Origin: Alphaproteobacteria bacterium
GTDB taxonomy: Bacteria > Pseudomonadota > Alphaproteobacteria > G963923945
Direction: 5' to 3'
NCBI GenBank assembly: GCA_963923945.1
Contig: OZ000551.1
Coordinates: 1,752,413 to 1,816,412 of the forward strand
Length of the DNA: 64,000 bases
The notes below the pieces were generated by a model. That model was given only the letters and a program-made list of their open reading frames with translations, was not told where the DNA came from and made no database searches. The stretch's first letter is position 1. Each line of letters opens with the position of its first letter. The position numbers and the translations under genes are program-made. This document shows positions 52,556-64,000 of this stretch, one piece after another.

Positions 52556-53020
52556 ATGTTTGCTGAATTGATGGCCAGTTTGGCGGTTTGGATCAGTCTC
52601 AATACCCATTATCCGCCTCTTGAGCGATTGCCCGATGTGCAATCCCTGCCACGCCTTGAATTGCAAGAGCGTTACTGTGATGGTGATTGCCCGATTCGGG
52701 CCTATTATATCTGGGGCGGTGACATTCATATAGCTGATGACCTCGACCCGGAAAATAATGTCTGTGACCGTTCAATCTTGCTCCATGAACTGGTCCATTA
52801 TTTCCAGTATACCGGAGGTCGGTTCGGTGAATTTGGCTCCTATACCCGTCAGGAATTCATTGATGGGGAGGCCTTTGATGTGCAGAATTACTATCTGGTT
52901 TCTGAGGCGGTTTATGAAGGGCTGAGCGGTGAAGCCATGATGACTCGCTGTCATCTCGAACTGGATCAATCCTTATCTCTGTCAGCAACCGGGGGGCGCG
53001 GGACAAGGGTTCATCCGTAG
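52556..53020 (+). CDS. hypothetical protein with an HExxH motif (possible small metallohydrolase)
   Basis: LLHELVHYFQ plus Cys cluster CDGDCP; lies between guaB and guaA. Confidence 0.3.
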   Translation: MFAELMASLAVWISLNTHYPPLERLPDVQSLPRLELQERYCDGDCPIRAYYIWGGDIHIADDLDPENNVCDRSILLHELVHYFQYTGGRFGEFGSYTRQEFIDGEAFDVQNYYLVSEAVYEGLSGEAMMTRCHLELDQSLSLSATGGRGTRVHP

Positions 53021-53210
53021 CCATTGCCTCAGCAACCATAGCTTGTTTATCAGCCTCGGTCTTCGGCTTGATCATTGGATCATTGTTCCGGAATTGATTG
53101 ACCTGTGTCCGGTTTAGGGCCAGTTTATCGGCTTCTTGGGGTGCGGCCCCTTCCCTTTGTGTTGATGATATGATGCCCTCCCATTTGTTTGATGGCGATG
53201 ATCGGGTGGT

Positions 53211-54785
53211 TTGGCTCCGGCCCGTGCGACCACAATGACCGAATCTGTCTTGATCCTTGATTTCGGGTCGCAGGTGACCCAGCTGATTGCCCGCCGTGTG
53301 CGTGAAAGCGGGGTTTATTGTGAGATTCACCCCTTTAACGCCTTGGATGATCAAGCAATCAAGGATTATGCGGCCAAGGCCGTCATCCTCTCAGGCGGCC
53401 CGGCGTCGTTCGGTTTTCATGAAGCGCCCCGGGTGCCGACGGCGGTTTTCACCCTCGGGGTGCCGGTTTTAGGGATTTGCTACGGCCAACAAGCGCTTTG
53501 TGCGCAGTTGGGTGGTGTTGTTGAATCCAACCGGTCGCGTGAATTCGGGCGGGCGGTTCTGGAGATTCAAGCACCATGCCGTCTGTTTGATTCGGTCTGG
53601 AAACCGGGGGATACACCGCAAGTATGGATGAGCCATGGCGACCGGATTACCCGCTTGCCGGAAGGATTCAAAGCGGTTGCGGCCAGCCAGGGTGCACCTT
53701 ATGCGATTATTGCTGATGAGGCCCGGCATTTTTACGGTGTGCAATTCCATCCCGAAGTGATTCATACTCCGGATGGAGCGGCTGTGCTGAATCATTTTGT
53801 CCGTGATATTGCTGGCTGTCGGGGTGATTGGTCGATGCAAGCGTTTCGCGCCCGGGCCGTTGAAGATATCCGGTCCAAGGTCGGGGATGGTCGGGTCATT
53901 TGCGGTCTCTCAGGGGGGGTTGATTCCTCGGTTGCCGCCGTCCTGATCCATCAAGCGATTGGTCAACAACTGACCTGTGTATTTGTCGATACCGGCTTGT
54001 TGCGCCAGGGTGAGGCCAAAGATGTGGTCGCTTTGTTTGGTGATCATTTCAAGATTCGTCTGATCCATAGGGAGGCCGGGGCGGTGTTTCTCTCCGGCCT
54101 CAAAGATGTCACCGACCCGGAGCGCAAGCGCAAGATTATTGGGGGTCTTTTCGTTGAGCTGTTTGAGCAAGAGGCAACCGCCATCGGTGGGGCGGATTTC
54201 CTGGCTCAAGGCACCTTATATCCAGATGTCATTGAATCGGTTTCGGTTGCTGGGGGTCCTTCAGCGACCATTAAATCGCATCATAATGTGGGGGGGTTGC
54301 CCGAACACATGCAAATGACTTTGGTTGAACCCTTGCGGGATTTATTCAAGGATGAGGTGCGTATTCTGGGTCGGGAATTGGGTCTCCCTGCGGACATGCT
54401 GGGCCGCCATCCTTTCCCAGGCCCGGGATTGGCCATTCGTATCCCCGGCGTGGTGACACAGGAAAAACTGGCTATTTTACGCCAAGCCGATGCGATTTAT
54501 CTGGATGAAATTCGCCGGGCCGGGTTGTATGATCAGATATGGCAGGCTTTTGCCGTGCTTTTGCCGGTCAAGACGGTCGGTGTGATGGGGGATGCGCGCT
54601 CTTATGATTATGTCTGTGGGTTACGGGCGGTGCGAGCAACCGATGGTATGACCGCCGAAAGTTATCCTTTCTCCCATGAATTTCTCACCCATACCGCCAC
54701 CCGAATCATCAATGAGGTGAGTGGGATCAATCGGGTGGTGTATGATGTGACCTCCAAACCCCCCGGCACCATTGAGTGGGAGTGA
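53211..54785 (+). CDS. guaA: GMP synthase (glutamine-hydrolysing)
   Basis: GATase1 domain ([18 protein letters not shown]...GICYGQQ), ATP-PPase SGGVDSSV motif, C-terminal dimerisation domain. Confidence 0.95.
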   Translation: MAPARATTMTESVLILDFGSQVTQLIARRVRESGVYCEIHPFNALDDQAIKDYAAKAVILSGGPASFGFHEAPRVPTAVFTLGVPVLGICYGQQALCAQLGGVVESNRSREFGRAVLEIQAPCRLFDSVWKPGDTPQVWMSHGDRITRLPEGFKAVAASQGAPYAIIADEARHFYGVQFHPEVIHTPDGAAVLNHFVRDIAGCRGDWSMQAFRARAVEDIRSKVGDGRVICGLSGGVDSSVAAVLIHQAIGQQLTCVFVDTGLLRQGEAKDVVALFGDHFKIRLIHREAGAVFLSGLKDVTDPERKRKIIGGLFVELFEQEATAIGGADFLAQGTLYPDVIESVSVAGGPSATIKSHHNVGGLPEHMQMTLVEPLRDLFKDEVRILGRELGLPADMLGRHPFPGPGLAIRIPGVVTQEKLAILRQADAIYLDEIRRAGLYDQIWQAFAVLLPVKTVGVMGDARSYDYVCGLRAVRATDGMTAESYPFSHEFLTHTATRIINEVSGINRVVYDVTSKPPGTIEWE

Positions 54786-54889
54786 TTTTTCTCTGAAAAA
54801 CAACTCTTGCCAGGGGTTTGAATTGACACTCAATGGACTCAAAAATGGATGAGCCTGAAGCAAGAAAGAACAAATAAAGCGATAACACG

Positions 54890-55672
54890 ATGTCCAGAAA
54901 CCCGTTACGGAAACTTCGTTTTCTTATCAGAACGAACGCGCCAATTTGGGCGATCACTACGTATTTTTGTCTCCATTATCGTCATCGTTTGTCGCATAAA
55001 AGAGGTGAATTTAAGAAACTGCAAAAAGATTTTAGAGAAAAATCAAAAAACCTAAAGATTGATAATGATTGGTTTACAGAAAATATCCCGACTTGGTTGA
55101 GAGCATTTCAAGAGGCTCAACTCGACTCTGATCAAGCATTAAAATGTTTAGAGATTGGGAGCTGGCAAGGCTTATCAGCTTTTTTTGTTCTTGATGTTTT
55201 TCCTCATGCACAGATCACATGCGTCGATACATGGGAGGGTGGTGATGAACATAAATCATTTAATGCCTCGACGCCGCAAATACTTGGCGGCATAGAGATG
55301 TGTTTTGATCTGAATCTGAAACAGTTTTCCGATAGAACCAAAAAATATAAAGGGACCTCTCGTTCCTATTTTAATGATCAAATTACCTCTGATGGGTTCG
55401 ATTTGATCTATGTTGATGGTTCCCATCACTGTGATGATATTATGGTGGATGCTGTTCAATCATTTGAAATCCTTAAAGTCGGAGGTCTGCTCATATTCGA
55501 CGATTATTTTTGGGAATATTATGACAATGAAATTGATAATCCCGCTGGAGCGATCAACGCATTTTTACGCTTGAAACGCCATCAGCTTGAAATTATTTGC
55601 TTTGACTATCAGCTCATCATCAGAAAATTGCGCCGCTCAATGAGGATTGAGGGTCCCCATGAGACCAGGTGA
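54890..55672 (+). CDS. class I SAM-dependent methyltransferase (Methyltransf_24/TylF-like O-methyltransferase family)
   Basis: LEIGSWQGLSAFF...VDTWEGGDEH...FDLIYVDGSHHCDDIMVDAVQSFEILKVGGLLIFDDY. Confidence 0.55.
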   Translation: MSRNPLRKLRFLIRTNAPIWAITTYFCLHYRHRLSHKRGEFKKLQKDFREKSKNLKIDNDWFTENIPTWLRAFQEAQLDSDQALKCLEIGSWQGLSAFFVLDVFPHAQITCVDTWEGGDEHKSFNASTPQILGGIEMCFDLNLKQFSDRTKKYKGTSRSYFNDQITSDGFDLIYVDGSHHCDDIMVDAVQSFEILKVGGLLIFDDYFWEYYDNEIDNPAGAINAFLRLKRHQLEIICFDYQLIIRKLRRSMRIEGPHETR

Positions 55673-55991
55673 ATTTGGTGGTTTTTAGAAGGATCTGCGC
55701 AAAATATTTTCCCGCATAATACGCATATGTTTCATACGCATATGTTTCTAGGTGCGATGGCGTTTGAGCACCGCAAAAGGCGTTGATACTGTTAGGGGTC
55801 TGCGTATAGTGCAGAACTTTGATTGCTTCTGGGCGACAAGACCGCTCAAGCCGTTTTTATGAAGGGAATTGACCTCAGCAGTGGAAACCGGATTATTGGC
55901 GTATGACCAGTCTCTGCCTGATTGTCGGGATGTTTCATTTGTCGGCTTTTTTAGACGATACCACCTTTTTTATGATACCGCCATGGATTCA

Positions 55992-56765
55992 TCAATCGGG
56001 TAAAACATACCAGTCATCAAACTGCGAATGAGAAGTTAATATTCTTGTGTAGCCTTGTTTGGTCAGCAATGCATAAATTTTTTCTCGGTTCGATGTGTTG
56101 TTATGCTCACAAGTGATGATTTTGAATCGATATCTTTGGAAGTTCAGAGATTGCAGGATATCCAATTCGCTTCCTTCGGTGTCAATTGATAGATAATCCA
56201 TCATATGTGGAGCGTTATATTTTTCCAACATATCACTGAGGGAGATGGTCAATACCTCATATAAACTGCCATTTTTGCGTGATTTCTTATGCTTATCGCT
56301 GTTAGAAAATTGATCCAAAGTCGATAACCCAATCTGTTTTGTTTCATTGAAAGTCAATGTCGTACCTGTCGTTTTCCATACACAATTCGTTTCAATGTTT
56401 GCCGTCCTATTTTTCTTCAGACAAGCATGGAATTTCTGATCTGGTTCGGCCAAGATACCACTCCATCCGAACCGTTTCTCCAATAAATGGCTGTTGGAAA
56501 AAAGAACACCATCACATGCGCCGAATTCAACAAAATATCCATCACGTTTGAAGCCCGATTTACCCAGCACCAGTAAATCTTGCCCCAGCTGCGATGTGGC
56601 ATAGTCTATATTCTCAAAACAGCGTGCCCAATATTTTTCTTCGATCTGTCGACTGACTTCATAAAGTTGGTATTTTCTCGAATTCTCCAGCTGCTTTTCA
56701 AGAGATGATTTTCGAACAAGTTGACAATCGAATACCCCAAGAATTTTATTGATATAATGTTTCAT
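55992..56765 (-). CDS. FkbM-family methyltransferase
   Basis: FVEFGACDGVLFSNSHLLEKRFGWSGILAEPDQKFHACLKKN and ...LSIDTEGSELDIL are characteristic of Methyltransf_21/FkbM. Confidence 0.6.
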   Translation of the reverse strand: MKHYINKILGVFDCQLVRKSSLEKQLENSRKYQLYEVSRQIEEKYWARCFENIDYATSQLGQDLLVLGKSGFKRDGYFVEFGACDGVLFSNSHLLEKRFGWSGILAEPDQKFHACLKKNRTANIETNCVWKTTGTTLTFNETKQIGLSTLDQFSNSDKHKKSRKNGSLYEVLTISLSDMLEKYNAPHMMDYLSIDTEGSELDILQSLNFQRYRFKIITCEHNNTSNREKIYALLTKQGYTRILTSHSQFDDWYVLPD

Positions 56766-57073
56766 GTTCTTTTTTTATTCTCAGCTGATGCGATTTTTGA
56801 AATGAAAATCCTGTTCATAGGAAATCCTGTTCATAAAGATGTATTTTCAGCAAAACCTTTTTGATATTCTCCTCAACATTAAGGGCGTTACTTGCGCTCA
56901 ATATGCATCTGAGAGACACTCTTTTATGTTTTTTACGGCATGCTCATATGATTTTTTGATCAATGTTTTTGTAAAGGCATTGACGTCTTTTCGTTTCCCG
57001 GTATAGTCCTGTCCCCTTGGCTTCAAGGGGTTGATGCGGCATAAAACAAAATCTATAAAATAACAAAATTTAT

Positions 57074-57161
57074 GAAATAAACAGACAGAATAATTGAAAT
57101 AAACAGACAGAATAATTGAAATAAACAGACAGAATAATTGAAATAAACAGACAGAATAATT
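57074..57161 (+). repeat. 4 perfect tandem copies of a 22-bp unit (gaaataaacagacagaataatt)
   Basis: Read directly from the sequence; about 200 bp upstream of rplU at the edge of the low-GC insertion; no unique spacers, so not CRISPR. Confidence 0.9.
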
Positions 57162-57357
57162 GGCGTCAATTTTCAAGATTATCTGAAATCAGCGCTGTTA
57201 TGAATGTGAGATTCATATAAGATTCATATAAATGTAAAATAAATGTAAGGGTGTGTTGGGTTGGTGATCACTCCTTAATGATTGGGGTCTTTTCTTGGTC
57301 GTTATCCCTGAGTTTTTATGCATATTTTTAAGGGACTGTTTTTTTAAGGATTGTTTG

Positions 57358-57912
57358 ATGTATGCCATTATCCGCACCGGTGGGAAGCAATATAAAGTTG
57401 CCAAAGATGATGTGATCGCGGTTGAAAAAATCGCCGCTGATCCCGGTCAATCCATCACATTAAATGATGTGTTGGCTCTTGGTGATGCGGGATCGATAAC
57501 CCTGGGTTCGCCCATAGTTGCCGGGGCGGAGGTCAAAGCCGAAGTGGCCGAACAAACAAGGGGTGACAAGATCATTGTCTTTAAGAAGAAGCGGCGTAAA
57601 AATTATCGCCGTAAATACGGCCATCGTCAGTGCCTCACCATGCTGAAGATTGTTGATATCAAGGCGGCAGGTAAAGCGGTTGTTAAAAAGACTGCCAGCG
57701 AGTCATCGGAACACTCATCATCCAAAAAACCAGCGCAAGCAAAATCCAACAAGAATACAACAGATATAAAAAATCCGACAAAAAAGAAAACCGCTGCCAA
57801 AAAAGCAGTCCAACAATCATCACCCTCTGTTCAGCCAGGTGATGATGCTGAAAAAACGGCGACAGTAAAAAAGCAAACTTCGGGTAAGGCGGCTCAAAAA
57901 ACCCAATCTTAA
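57358..57912 (+). CDS. rplU: 50S ribosomal protein L21 with a Lys/Ala-rich C-terminal extension
   Basis: [25 protein letters not shown]...; start taken at the internal Met of the track ORF. Confidence 0.85.
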   Translation: MYAIIRTGGKQYKVAKDDVIAVEKIAADPGQSITLNDVLALGDAGSITLGSPIVAGAEVKAEVAEQTRGDKIIVFKKKRRKNYRRKYGHRQCLTMLKIVDIKAAGKAVVKKTASESSEHSSSKKPAQAKSNKNTTDIKNPTKKKTAAKKAVQQSSPSVQPGDDAEKTATVKKQTSGKAAQKTQS

Positions 57913-57972
57913 GAAAATTTGAGTTTTAAGGAAATTAGGCCTTAAGCAAGCTTCAAGAAGGAGTGATCCGGC

Positions 57973-58233
57973 ATGGCGCATAAGAAATCGGGTGGCAGTT
58001 CACAAAATGGCCGCGATACCATCGGTCGCCGCCTTGGGGTCAAAAAATTTGGCGGTGAGCGGGTGGTTCCGGGAAATATTTTGGTCCGTCAGCGTGGGTG
58101 TCGATTCCACCCCGGGGACAATGTCGGTATGGGGCGTGATCATACCCTCTTTGCTCTCAAAGAAGGACATGTTACCTTCCCGCGTAAGTCTGGAGGACGG
58201 GTTTTGGTGGCGGTGCAGCCCTTGGCTGACTGA
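57973..58233 (+). CDS. rpmA: 50S ribosomal protein L27
   Basis: [31 protein letters not shown]... Confidence 0.95.
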   Translation: MAHKKSGGSSQNGRDTIGRRLGVKKFGGERVVPGNILVRQRGCRFHPGDNVGMGRDHTLFALKEGHVTFPRKSGGRVLVAVQPLAD

Positions 58234-58267
58234 ATTCCCCGTCCTGGCGGCGGCTTTTGGTTTTGGC

Positions 58268-58318
58268 CGCTACCAAGTGGCGGCTTTCAGTCAGTCGCTA
58301 CCAAGTGGCGGCTTTTAA
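58268..58318 (+). terminator. paired terminator-like hairpins formed by a duplicated 20-bp unit after rpmA
   Basis: cgctaccaagtggcggcttt occurs twice (58268-58287 and 58296-58315); each copy can form a GC-rich stem, (G[CT]CGC)-taccaagtg-GCGGC, followed by a T tract. Confidence 0.35.
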
Positions 58319-60681
<2,363 letters not shown>

Positions 60682-60731
60682 GTGTTGTGGACGTGGTCTG
60701 TGTCGTCAGCACTATTGATTGATTTTACTGA

Positions 60732-62063
60732 TTGAGAGGGGTTCTTTTTATGCCTTCTGAAGCTGCTCATTCTCTTGCTGAGGCTTCTTCTGAATATGGG
60801 TCGCTTGACCATGAAGTGCTGCGGGCGATGGCAGCGATGGGACAACGTGCCCGCGCGGCGGCTCGTATTGTGGCAGCGGCTGAGACGGTGCACAAAAATG
60901 ATGCTTTACATAAAGCGGCGCAATCATTGCGTGATCAATCATCGGCCATCCTAGAAGCCAATGCCGCCGATATGACCGCAGCCCAACAGCGGGATTTATC
61001 TAAGGCCATGCTGGATCGGTTGTTGCTGGATTCGGGGCGTATTGAGGCTATGGCGTGCGGACTGGAAGATGTGGCGGCCCTTGATGATCCGGTCGGGGCG
61101 GTGATGGCGGAATGGACGAGGCCCAATGGTCTGCGCATCGCCCGGGTACGTGTCCCTCTTGGGGTTATTGGGATCATTTATGAGTCGCGTCCCAACGTCA
61201 CCGCTGACGCTGGTGGGTTATGCTTGAAATCGGGAAATGCGGCGATTTTACGCGGCGGCAGTGAGAGTTTTCACTCCTCGGCCATCATCACCCAATGCCT
61301 GCAATCGGGCTTGGTGGCGGCCGGTTTGCCGGGTGATGCGGTTCAAGCGATTCCAACCCGTGAGCGGGCCGCGGTTGGTTTGATGCTCTCAATGTCTGAT
61401 TGTATTGATGTTCTGGTTCCGCGTGGTGGACGTTCTTTGATTGAGCGGGTTTCTCGCGAGAGTCGTATTCCGGTTTTGAAGCATCTTGACGGGATTTGTC
61501 ATATTTATGTTCACGAACGGGCTGACCCTGAGATTGCCCGCAAGGTGACGGTCAATGCTAAGATGCGCCGTCCAGGAATTTGTGGCGCGGCGGAAACGTT
61601 ATTGATTGACCGGGCAGCTTTATCCCTGTTGCCGCCGATTATTGACGATTTGATAGAGGCTGGCTGCAGCATCCGCGGTGATTCTGAGGCTCTTGAGGTT
61701 GACTCCCGTCTCATTCCGGCTACCCCAGAAGATTGGGATACCGAGTATTTAGATGCCATTTTATCGGTGCGTGTGGTTGAGGATCTGGAGGAAGCGATTG
61801 CCCATATCAATGAGCATGGATCCCAGCATACTGATTCCATTTTGACCGAAGATGATGCGGCGGCAGAGATCTTTTTGGCTGCAGTGGATAGCGCAATTGT
61901 CATGCACAACACATCGACGCAATTTGCCGATGGGGGTGAATTCGGTATGGGGGCGGAAATTGGTATTTCGACTGGACGTATCCATGCCCGTGGTCCGGTT
62001 GGGGCCGAACAGTTGACCAGCTATAAATATCGCGTATCGGGTCAGGGTCAGATCCGCCCTTGA
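60732..62063 (+). CDS. proA: gamma-glutamyl phosphate reductase (start likely near 60810)
   Basis: ALDH-like ProA; catalytic Cys region RRPGICGAAETLLIDRAA. Confidence 0.85.
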   Translation: MRGVLFMPSEAAHSLAEASSEYGSLDHEVLRAMAAMGQRARAAARIVAAAETVHKNDALHKAAQSLRDQSSAILEANAADMTAAQQRDLSKAMLDRLLLDSGRIEAMACGLEDVAALDDPVGAVMAEWTRPNGLRIARVRVPLGVIGIIYESRPNVTADAGGLCLKSGNAAILRGGSESFHSSAIITQCLQSGLVAAGLPGDAVQAIPTRERAAVGLMLSMSDCIDVLVPRGGRSLIERVSRESRIPVLKHLDGICHIYVHERADPEIARKVTVNAKMRRPGICGAAETLLIDRAALSLLPPIIDDLIEAGCSIRGDSEALEVDSRLIPATPEDWDTEYLDAILSVRVVEDLEEAIAHINEHGSQHTDSILTEDDAAAEIFLAAVDSAIVMHNTSTQFADGGEFGMGAEIGISTGRIHARGPVGAEQLTSYKYRVSGQGQIRP

Positions 62064-62106
62064 GATTTTTGATTGTTTCATGTCTTTTGATTATGTGTGT
62101 CGGTGA

Positions 62107-62730
62107 ATGGTCGCCTTCTTGAGGTCGGTGCGGGTGAGTGCCGCGTCAGCCACATTAGGACGGCGGGTCGGTGTGCTGGGGGGATCATTCAACCCGGCCC
62201 ATGCTGGCCATGTTCGGATCAGCCTTTTGGCCTTATCGCGTCTGGGCCTTGATGAGTTGTGGTGGTTGGTTTCACCCCATAACCCACTCAAAGAGAAAGA
62301 TGATCTGGCCGATTTTGCCGTTCGCTTTGCCACGGCCAAACAGTGGGCACGTCATCCAAGGCTATATGTGAGTGATCTGGAGTATCACAGCGGCAGTTCT
62401 TTTACCGCCGATACCTTGACAATGATGCGGCAACGTTACCCACGGGCCCGCTTTGTCTGGATTATGGGGGCGGATAATTTGGTTCAGATTCCCCATTGGC
62501 GCGGCTGGAACCATATCTTTCAATCTGTACCGATTGCGGTTTTTGATCGGCCTGCTTATTCTCTTGCCGCCTTATGTGGCCAAGCCGCCATCCGCTATCG
62601 CCGCTGGCGTTTGCCGACTCGCCAGGCGGGTGTTTTAGCAACAATGAAACCACCGGCATGGGTTTTTTTGCATGATTGGTTGCATCCGGCTTCGGCTTCG
62701 TCTATTCGGGTGGACAGCATAAATGATTGA
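62107..62730 (+). CDS. nadD: nicotinate-nucleotide adenylyltransferase
   Basis: GVLGGSFNPAHAGH (H/T-x-G-H motif) and ...SSTAIR-like C-terminus (SIRVDSI). Confidence 0.8.
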   Translation: MVAFLRSVRVSAASATLGRRVGVLGGSFNPAHAGHVRISLLALSRLGLDELWWLVSPHNPLKEKDDLADFAVRFATAKQWARHPRLYVSDLEYHSGSSFTADTLTMMRQRYPRARFVWIMGADNLVQIPHWRGWNHIFQSVPIAVFDRPAYSLAALCGQAAIRYRRWRLPTRQAGVLATMKPPAWVFLHDWLHPASASSIRVDSIND

Positions 62731-62878
62731 CGATCATGTCAAAACACGCCACCATCGAAAAAAGTGGTGACATGCCAATAAAGCCGTTGGTCGACATATC
62801 ATATCACTCAAGTCGTATCACGAAAACCATTCATATTTGATGATGAAAAAGGCAATCATAAAAATAATAACCACCGAT

Positions 62879-64000
62879 ATGACCCTCCACGCGCACGGCT
62901 CGACTTTACGGGGCCTTAAGCGGTGGTCGCTGATCGTCTGGCATGGTTTTCTGGTTGTGCTGATGGCGGTGGTCTTGCCTTTTTCCTCGGCGTGGTCTCA
63001 GGTGGTGAATGATCGAAACCGCACCAGCACGGTGAATGTCAATGTGGGGGAGCGGTTCATCAATCCCAGGGAATTTTCCATCATCACCGATGGTGTTGGT
63101 GAACACGGCATTCTCGGCGGTGACAATGTTGAGGTGATCAATAACGGCACCATCATTACCCGCGGTGCCGGTGCCGATGGTATTCGGGTTGGTGCCGGTG
63201 GTCGGGTGACCAATAACGGGGTGTTGAGAGCTCCCAATGGGGCGGCGGTTCGCTATACCGTGCCCAATGGGTTGTTCAGAGTGGGTCCCCAGTCGTTTCT
63301 TCAGGGCACGCTGGCTCTGAACACCACTTCAGTCATTGTTGAGTTGAGCACGCGGGGGGGGTTGTCCGTCATGGGCCGGGGAACCGGACCCCTTGATCCG
63401 TTGATTGGGTTGCGCCTTGCTGTCCGCAATAACCGTGGCCAAGCGGCCTATAATCCAGGCATGCGTCTTTTTACAACCACCGATCCGACAATTTTTACCC
63501 TGCAATGGGATCAACTGGCTTTGACCAGTCAATTGGTGGCCGACACCGTGGTTGGGGCCGACCGGTCATCGGTTGCTCTGGGGGGGTCGCAAAGCCCGTG
63601 GCGGGCCTGGGCCAGCGCCATGGGGCAGGGCCGCTCGCTTGATGAGGGGTTTGGGTTCAACAAAACCTCCCATGAGATGATTGGCGGTTTGTTTGGTTTG
63701 GATTATCGCCCTGCGCATGATCACCTGACCGGGGGTGTCTTTATCGGCTATGGCCATGGCCAGCAACAATCAACCGCCTTCATGGGGGTTCTGGGTGATC
63801 TGCGCTCCTTTGAGAGCGACAGCAACAGCGTGATCGGTGGTGTTTATGGTCGGGGTCGGCATGGGGCTTGGTTTGCCGATGCAGCTCTGAGCCTTGGCGG
63901 CACCAATTATGATCATCGTCGTTCCATCAACAGCAATGAAGAGGTTGAGGGGAATGGTTTGCTGACCGCCCGCGGTTCTCATGGCAGTTTTTGGTTGAGT
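62879..64000 (+). CDS. autotransporter-like secreted protein, 3'-partial (the ORF runs off the window)
   Basis: ATG at 62879 with no stop for 374 codons; signal peptide (WSLIVWHGFLVVLMAVVLPFSSAWSQ), Gly/Asn-rich beta-helix-like passenger (GDNVEVINNGTIITRGAGADGIRVGAGGRVTNNG), then ...GGVYGRGRHGAWFADAALSLGGTNYDHRRS, which is typical of the start of an autotransporter beta-barrel. Confidence 0.55.
   Translation, partial: MTLHAHGSTLRGLKRWSLIVWHGFLVVLMAVVLPFSSAWSQVVNDRNRTSTVNVNVGERFINPREFSIITDGVGEHGILGGDNVEVINNGTIITRGAGADGIRVGAGGRVTNNGVLRAPNGAAVRYTVPNGLFRVGPQSFLQGTLALNTTSVIVELSTRGGLSVMGRGTGPLDPLIGLRLAVRNNRGQAAYNPGMRLFTTTDPTIFTLQWDQLALTSQLVADTVVGADRSSVALGGSQSPWRAWASAMGQGRSLDEGFGFNKTSHEMIGGLFGLDYRPAHDHLTGGVFIGYGHGQQQSTAFMGVLGDLRSFESDSNSVIGGVYGRGRHGAWFADAALSLGGTNYDHRRSINSNEEVEGNGLLTARGSHGSFWLS

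Larger units (their letters stand above)
54800..57300. other. low-GC (about 40%) insertion between guaA and rplU carrying two methyltransferases and short repeats
   Basis: A visible composition shift relative to the ~55% GC flanks; convergent gene pair with AT-rich, repeat-bearing spacers. Confidence 0.5.

Noticed and set aside
57074-57161. Possible CRISPR array (regular short repeats)
   Set aside because: The 22-bp units are directly adjacent with no unique spacers and there are no cas genes, so this is a plain tandem repeat. Likewise the 99-bp ankyrin periodicity is protein-coding.

Overview
This window reads as a chromosomal segment of an alphaproteobacterium. The gene order resembles Rhizobiales/Rhodospirillales: hflK-hflC-DUF2065-degP, miaA-ilvIH-ilvC, leuA, mreBCD-mrdA-rodA, psd-pssA, guaB...guaA and rplU-rpmA-obg-proB-proA-nadD. 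The housekeeping backbone is about 55% GC. It is interrupted by several accessory patches.

- Two adjacent secreted ankyrin-repeat paralogs (4167-6938). The second carries about 15 near-identical 99-bp tandem units.
- A lower-GC ~2.6-kb islet between tRNA-Lys(CTT) and tRNA-Glu(TTC), at 26322-28926. It is bounded by a 14-bp imperfect copy of the tRNA-Lys 3' end. It carries a small membrane protein, a cysteine-containing periplasmic protein that looks like Rap1a/Tai4, and a hicB(DUF1902)/hicA pair in which hicA has an in-frame amber codon.
- A ~2.4-kb low-GC insertion between guaA and rplU with two SAM-dependent methyltransferases (one class-I Methyltransf_24-like, one FkbM-like). It ends in a perfect 4x22-bp tandem array.
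- An uncharacterised gene pair between an RND efflux operon and an S41 peptidase.

Short 13-22-bp tandem duplications recur in intergenic regions throughout the window. Several genes appear inactivated: hicA by an amber codon, a MarR-family gene by an internal TGA plus a lost start, and an alpha/beta hydrolase by a 1-nt frameshift. No CRISPR array, rRNA, integrase or transposase was seen. Several CDS starts in the supplied ORF track look over-extended because the track accepts TTG/GTG starts or reads upstream in-frame sequence.
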